This document shows positions 16,586 through 20,152 of a stretch of 20,152 bases of DNA, one piece after another. Position 1 is the stretch's first letter, and every line of letters begins with the position of its first letter. The notes under the pieces were generated by a model. It did no database searches. It was not told where the DNA came from and worked only from the letters and a program-made list of their open reading frames with translations. The stretch lies in contig CAOOBR010000029.1 in NCBI GenBank assembly GCA_948494895.1, forward strand, positions 1 through 20,152, given 5' to 3'. This DNA is from an uncultured Lachnospiraceae bacterium (lineage in GTDB: Bacteria; Bacillota; Clostridia; Lachnospirales; Lachnospiraceae). Both the position numbers and the translations under genes were made by a program.

Positions 16586-16612
16586 GCCATGGAACCGGAA
16601 CGATTCCATGGC
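16586..16612 (-). promoter_or_regulatory. Intergenic stem-loop / palindromic element between mglC and the small membrane-protein gene
   Basis: gccatggaa-ccggaacga-ttccatggc is a perfect 9-bp inverted repeat built on CCATGG. The flanking gaatggaattgcc allows an alternative pairing (AUGGAAU/AUUCCAU). It lies 17 nt past the mglC stop. There is no clean U-tract. Confidence 0.35.
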
Positions 16613-16628
16613 AGCCCCCAAACTATAT

Positions 16629-17699
16629 TTATTTACGAACCAAATATTTTCTCATATCAATCGCGCACGCTACAAGGATAATCACGCCCTTGATGACATA
16701 CTGCCAGTTCTGGCTGATAGATAAGAAAATCAATGCGCCGAAGATAATACGAAGCACGAATACGCCTAATACAACGCCGCTGATTTTACCGGTACCGCCT
16801 ACGAAAGACACGCCGCCGATAACGCAGGCTGCAATCGCATCACACTCGTAGTTCTGTCCGGTCGTCGCTGAGTTAGAGCCAACGCGGGCAGCTTCGATAA
16901 ATCCGGTAATTCCATACATTGCCCCAGCAAGCGTATGCACTAAAATTGTCGTTCTGGCAACGTTTACGCCGGATACATTTGCGGCTTCCGGATTCGATCC
17001 TACGGCAAACATATTTTTGCCGAAAGAAGTCTTATTCCAGACATACCACATAATAATGACAACAAGAACTGCAAACCATACATAATTCGGAATAGGCGTC
17101 CCTCCGATTCCAATAATGCTTCCTGTTACGAAATCTTTAAAAGACTGATCCAAACCGGAAAGCGGCTGGCCATTGTTGCCGTTAATCATAATATACATCA
17201 ACAGGATACCATATACAATAAGCTGTGTCGCCAATGTTACGATAAATGGATGCAGTCCAAACTTTGCAACGAAGAAACCATTTACCCAGCCGACAACGCC
17301 GCCGACTGCAAGCACAATTAAGATAACTACCGGAATTGGAAGCGGCTTCATATCGCCAAACATTCTAGTTGCATAATCCATCGACTGAAGCAGCGATGCA
17401 GAGATACATGCGGTCAGACCAACGACACGCCCTGCCGAAAGGTCGGTTCCCGTTAATACGATACATCCTGCAATTCCGCAGGAAATCGGTATGTATGCCG
17501 CAACAAGCGAAACAATGTTAATAATTGAGCTGACACCCAAAAATTTTGGATTTTGTATTGTCGTATAAATTACTACAAGAATTAGAAGGATATACATCGC
17601 GTTGTTCATCAACGATTCCTTCCAAAATGTCTTTTTATCTCTGCTATCCAGCTCCTGATAAGCTGCATATTTGTTTTTCATATTGTCAATAGCTTTCAT
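16629..17699 (-). CDS. mglC: Sugar ABC transporter permease, CUT2 family (MglC/RbsC-like, BPD_transp_2)
   Basis: 356 aa with about 8-10 TM helices. CUT2 permease signature GTDLSAGRVVG (compare GIDLSVGS in RbsC/MglC). RBS AGGAGG. Its start region overlaps the mglA stop (TAA at 17715-17717). Confidence 0.8.
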   Translation of the reverse strand: MKAIDNMKNKYAAYQELDSRDKKTFWKESLMNNAMYILLILVVIYTTIQNPKFLGVSSIINIVSLVAAYIPISCGIAGCIVLTGTDLSAGRVVGLTACISASLLQSMDYATRMFGDMKPLPIPVVILIVLAVGGVVGWVNGFFVAKFGLHPFIVTLATQLIVYGILLMYIMINGNNGQPLSGLDQSFKDFVTGSIIGIGGTPIPNYVWFAVLVVIIMWYVWNKTSFGKNMFAVGSNPEAANVSGVNVARTTILVHTLAGAMYGITGFIEAARVGSNSATTGQNYECDAIAACVIGGVSFVGGTGKISGVVLGVFVLRIIFGALIFLSISQNWQYVIKGVIILVACAIDMRKYLVRK

Positions 17700-17714
17700 T
17701 TTGCTCTGCCTCCT

Positions 17715-19208
17715 TTATACATATTTTGCAGCGTAAGTCATAATTTCTTCCTGCGTGGTATTCTTTGCGTCTACCTCTCCGGCAAGCCGTCCGCCGGACA
17801 TTACAAGGATACGGTCACAAATTCCAAGAAGCTCCGGCATCTCGGAAGACACTACAAGGACAATTTTACCTTTATTTGCCAAATCAAGGATCAACTGGTA
17901 AATCTCATATTTCGCCCCAACGTCAATTCCTCTGGTCGGTTCATCTAAAAGAAGCACTTCCGGCTCCGTCAAAAGCCACCGGCCAAGGATAACCTTCTGT
18001 TGGTTTCCACCGGAAAGAGAACGGATCTGCGTCTCCTGAGTCGGCGTCTTGGTGCGCATGGCGTCAATAGACCATTGCGTGTCGTCCCGCATCGTCTTAC
18101 CGTTTAGGAAAAGCGCATTGTGTTTCTTTAAGCTGGAAATTACCGTGTTTTCCCGAATATTTAAAATGCCAAAAATACCTGTCGCCCGGCGTTCCTCCGT
18201 CAGCATGGCAAACCCGTTCGCAATGGATTCTCTCGCATTGCGGTTTTTTACCTCTTTGCCGTGAAGCTTAATTACGCCGTCCCTGCGCGTCGCAATGCCG
18301 AAAATATTCTCTAAACATTCGGTCCGCCCGCTTCCGTCGAGCCCGGCAAACCCTATAATTTCACCTTGGCGCGCTTTAAAAGACACGTCTTTCAACAGAG
18401 AATACTGCGCAGTAAGCCCTTCCACTTCTAACGCCACATCCCCCGGTTTATTTGTCTTTGGCGGGAACTGGTTGCCCAGTTCACGTCCTACCATCAAACG
18501 GATAATCTCATCCATCGTCAGCTCTTTTGCCGGTTTTGTAGCGACATACTGACCGTCGCGCATGATGGTAACGTCATCAGATATACGCAGGATTTCAGCC
18601 ATTTTATGTGATATATAAATAATCCCACAGCCCTGATCACGCAGCATATTTATAATTTTGAATAAGTGTTCCACTTCCTCTTCGGTCAAGGAGGAAGTAG
18701 GCTCATCAAATACAATTATTTTCGAATTAAAGGAAACTGCTTTTGCAATTTCTACCATCTGTCTTTGGGACACTGGCATAGTGCTCATGATCCTTCTCGG
18801 ATCTACTGTAATCTCTAGTTTCTTAAAAAGCCCCATTGTATCATCATACATTTTCTTTTCATTGATCATAACGCCGCCGATTTTGGGGTAGCGCCCAAGC
18901 CAGAGATTATCCTGAACGCTTCGTTTTAATGCCTGATTTAATTCCTGATGTACCATGGCAACGCCATTTTCCAATGCCTGTTTTGAATTAGCGAAGTTTA
19001 CTTCCTTCCCCTCAAGGAAAATCTGTCCGGCATCTTTGTTGTACATACCAAACAGACACTTCATAAGCGTAGACTTTCCGGCTCCGTTTTCACCCATCAA
19101 CGCATGGACAGTCCCTCTCCTGACAGTCAGGGAAACATTATCCAACGCTTTTACGCCCGGAAACTCTTTACATATACCTGTCATCTGTAATAGAACATCA
19201 TGTTCCAT
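17715..19208 (-). CDS. mglA: Sugar ABC transporter ATP-binding protein with duplicated NBDs (MglA/RbsA-like, CUT2)
   Basis: 497 aa. Two Walker A motifs (GENGAGKST and GLDGSGRTE) and two LSGG signatures ([10 protein letters not shown] region and LSGGNQQKV). The size and organisation are typical of MglA. RBS GGAGGG. Confidence 0.88.
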   Translation of the reverse strand: MEHDVLLQMTGICKEFPGVKALDNVSLTVRRGTVHALMGENGAGKSTLMKCLFGMYNKDAGQIFLEGKEVNFANSKQALENGVAMVHQELNQALKRSVQDNLWLGRYPKIGGVMINEKKMYDDTMGLFKKLEITVDPRRIMSTMPVSQRQMVEIAKAVSFNSKIIVFDEPTSSLTEEEVEHLFKIINMLRDQGCGIIYISHKMAEILRISDDVTIMRDGQYVATKPAKELTMDEIIRLMVGRELGNQFPPKTNKPGDVALEVEGLTAQYSLLKDVSFKARQGEIIGFAGLDGSGRTECLENIFGIATRRDGVIKLHGKEVKNRNARESIANGFAMLTEERRATGIFGILNIRENTVISSLKKHNALFLNGKTMRDDTQWSIDAMRTKTPTQETQIRSLSGGNQQKVILGRWLLTEPEVLLLDEPTRGIDVGAKYEIYQLILDLANKGKIVLVVSSEMPELLGICDRILVMSGGRLAGEVDAKNTTQEEIMTYAAKYV

Positions 19209-19257
19209 AATCTGCCCTCCAATCTCTTGTTATGCCTTATCTACCATTCGTATAGCA

Positions 19258-19294
19258 TAAAAGAGGCCGCCACCCTTGGACGGCCATCTTTTAT
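19258..19294 (-). terminator. Intercistronic GC-rich hairpin plus U4 between mglB and mglA (partial terminator/attenuator)
   Basis: On the minus strand: AAAAGAUGGCCG-UCCAAGGGUGG-CGGCCUCUUUU, a 5 G-C bp core plus A-U extension, followed by UUUUAU. It sits in the 115-nt mglB-mglA spacer. Confidence 0.5.
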
Positions 19295-19323
19295 GATCCT
19301 AATTCAATTTTATATTTCTGTGA

Positions 19324-20152
19324 TTATTCTCCTGTATATGGCTGATATGGAATGAAAATCTTGTTGGAAACATTTTCTGAAATATTATAGGAATCTGTTC
19401 CATCCATAACGTCTTTGCCAGTTGCGCAGTTCTCTGTCAAGAAAGCGATACAGTCTGCCATACCTTCTGCATCCTGCTTAATGGTTCCTACCATCTTGCC
19501 GTCTTTAATTAACTGTTTTGCTGCATCCGTTGCATCTACGCCGAATACCGGGATTGTCTTGGAGTTTCCGTCTCCTAAGTTATATCCCTTATCGTTTAAT
19601 GCGGAGATTACGCCTTCTGCCATACCGTCATTGTTGCAGATTACAAGCTCAATCATGTTATTGCTGTTTTCATTAAACTGGGAAAGGTTTGTATTCATAT
19701 AGTTGTTTGCGGCAGTTGCGCTCCAGTTACCATCTTGGTCTACCTGATATTTGTCAGGATTGGAAGAATCGAAAAATTCCAATTCCGGTTTTCCAGCTTC
19801 CGTGATGACTTTGTTCGCATCTTCTACGCCATACTGTGTACGCGCGATTGCTTCCACATTGCCCAACTGACCCATGAACATTGCATAAGAGATTTTTCCA
19901 TCGCCGTTTAAGTCAATGGATTCAAAATTATCCACTACATATTCGCCAACCATCTGGCCCTGCATATGGCCTGCTTCCGGAGCGTCCGTTCCTACGAATG
20001 CGCACTTGTCATAGCTGCCAAGAACTTTTCCTTCATCATTCTCGCCTTCCACTGCGCGGTTAAAGAAGATAACCGGAACGCCTGCTGCATTTGCTTTGTC
20101 TACAATCTGCTGGGATGCGTCTACAGAACCGGAAGTTACGATATTTACGATT
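19324..20152 (-). CDS. mglB: Periplasmic-binding-protein-type galactose/glucose-binding lipoprotein/SBP (MglB-like), 5' end outside the window
   Basis: The frame is open to the window edge (…IVNIVTSGSVDASQQIVDKANAAGVPVIFFNRAVEGENDEGKVLGSYDKCAFVGTD…). It aligns block-by-block with E. coli MglB ([29 protein letters not shown]…SYDKAYYVGTDSKESG…IEVVIANNDAMAMGAVEAL…IPVFGVDA). The GTG at 20052 given by the ORF track is internal. Stop is TAA at 19324. Confidence 0.85.
   Translation of the reverse strand, partial: IVNIVTSGSVDASQQIVDKANAAGVPVIFFNRAVEGENDEGKVLGSYDKCAFVGTDAPEAGHMQGQMVGEYVVDNFESIDLNGDGKISYAMFMGQLGNVEAIARTQYGVEDANKVITEAGKPELEFFDSSNPDKYQVDQDGNWSATAANNYMNTNLSQFNENSNNMIELVICNNDGMAEGVISALNDKGYNLGDGNSKTIPVFGVDATDAAKQLIKDGKMVGTIKQDAEGMADCIAFLTENCATGKDVMDGTDSYNISENVSNKIFIPYQPYTGE

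Noticed and set aside
16558-16628. ZTP (pfl) or purine riboswitch in front of the purO / AICARFT operon
   Set aside because: The leader is only about 70 nt. It lacks the conserved pfl blocks (GGGUCGUGAC...UGGCG...CCGGGCGGA/CCGCCUGGGCA-type) and the purine-riboswitch junction motifs. Its only structure is the CCATGG palindrome.
1-20152. Possibility that TGA is a sense codon (alternative genetic code), which would explain the in-frame TGAs in the membrane gene
   Set aside because: htrA and addB both terminate at TGA at positions that match the natural C-termini of their families (PDZ end; AddB Fe-S cysteine cluster end). addB's TGA is followed 1 nt later by the addA ATG.
1-20152. Mobile elements, CRISPR arrays, tRNA/rRNA genes
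   Set aside because: No transposase, integrase or recombinase-like ORFs. No regularly spaced direct repeats. No intergenic region has the length or conserved tRNA features. All intergenic spacers are under 250 nt and are accounted for by promoters and terminators.

Overview
This looks like a Firmicutes/Clostridia-type chromosomal segment read with genetic code 11. It is low-GC, uses Shine-Dalgarno sites, and TGA serves as an ordinary stop (it ends htrA and addB). Almost every gene lies on the minus strand. Reading from the high-coordinate end on the minus strand: an mglB(partial)-mglA-mglC galactose-type (CUT2) sugar ABC transporter; a small 2-TM membrane protein; an archaeal-type IMP cyclohydrolase (PurO) and a stand-alone AICAR formyltransferase domain protein (a split PurH); tmcAL/ylbM, the only plus-strand gene; ackA co-transcribed with an AIM24/TIGR00266-family gene; a polytopic GT-C-like membrane protein gene that is strongly promoted but disrupted; the addB-addA helicase-nuclease pair; and an HtrA/DegP-type serine protease. 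I found no mobile elements, CRISPR arrays, tRNA or rRNA genes. The least explained region is 8667-10826. There, four overlapping minus-strand ORFs in three frames reconstruct a single large membrane protein broken by two frameshifts and two in-frame TGA codons, downstream of a near-consensus sigma-A promoter. The split purO/purH' module behind a small membrane protein, and the AIM24 gene coupled to ackA, are the other points worth a second look. Working by eye, I found one place (about 10500-10505) where my base count differed by one from the ORF track, so fine coordinates above that point carry a possible 1-nt uncertainty.
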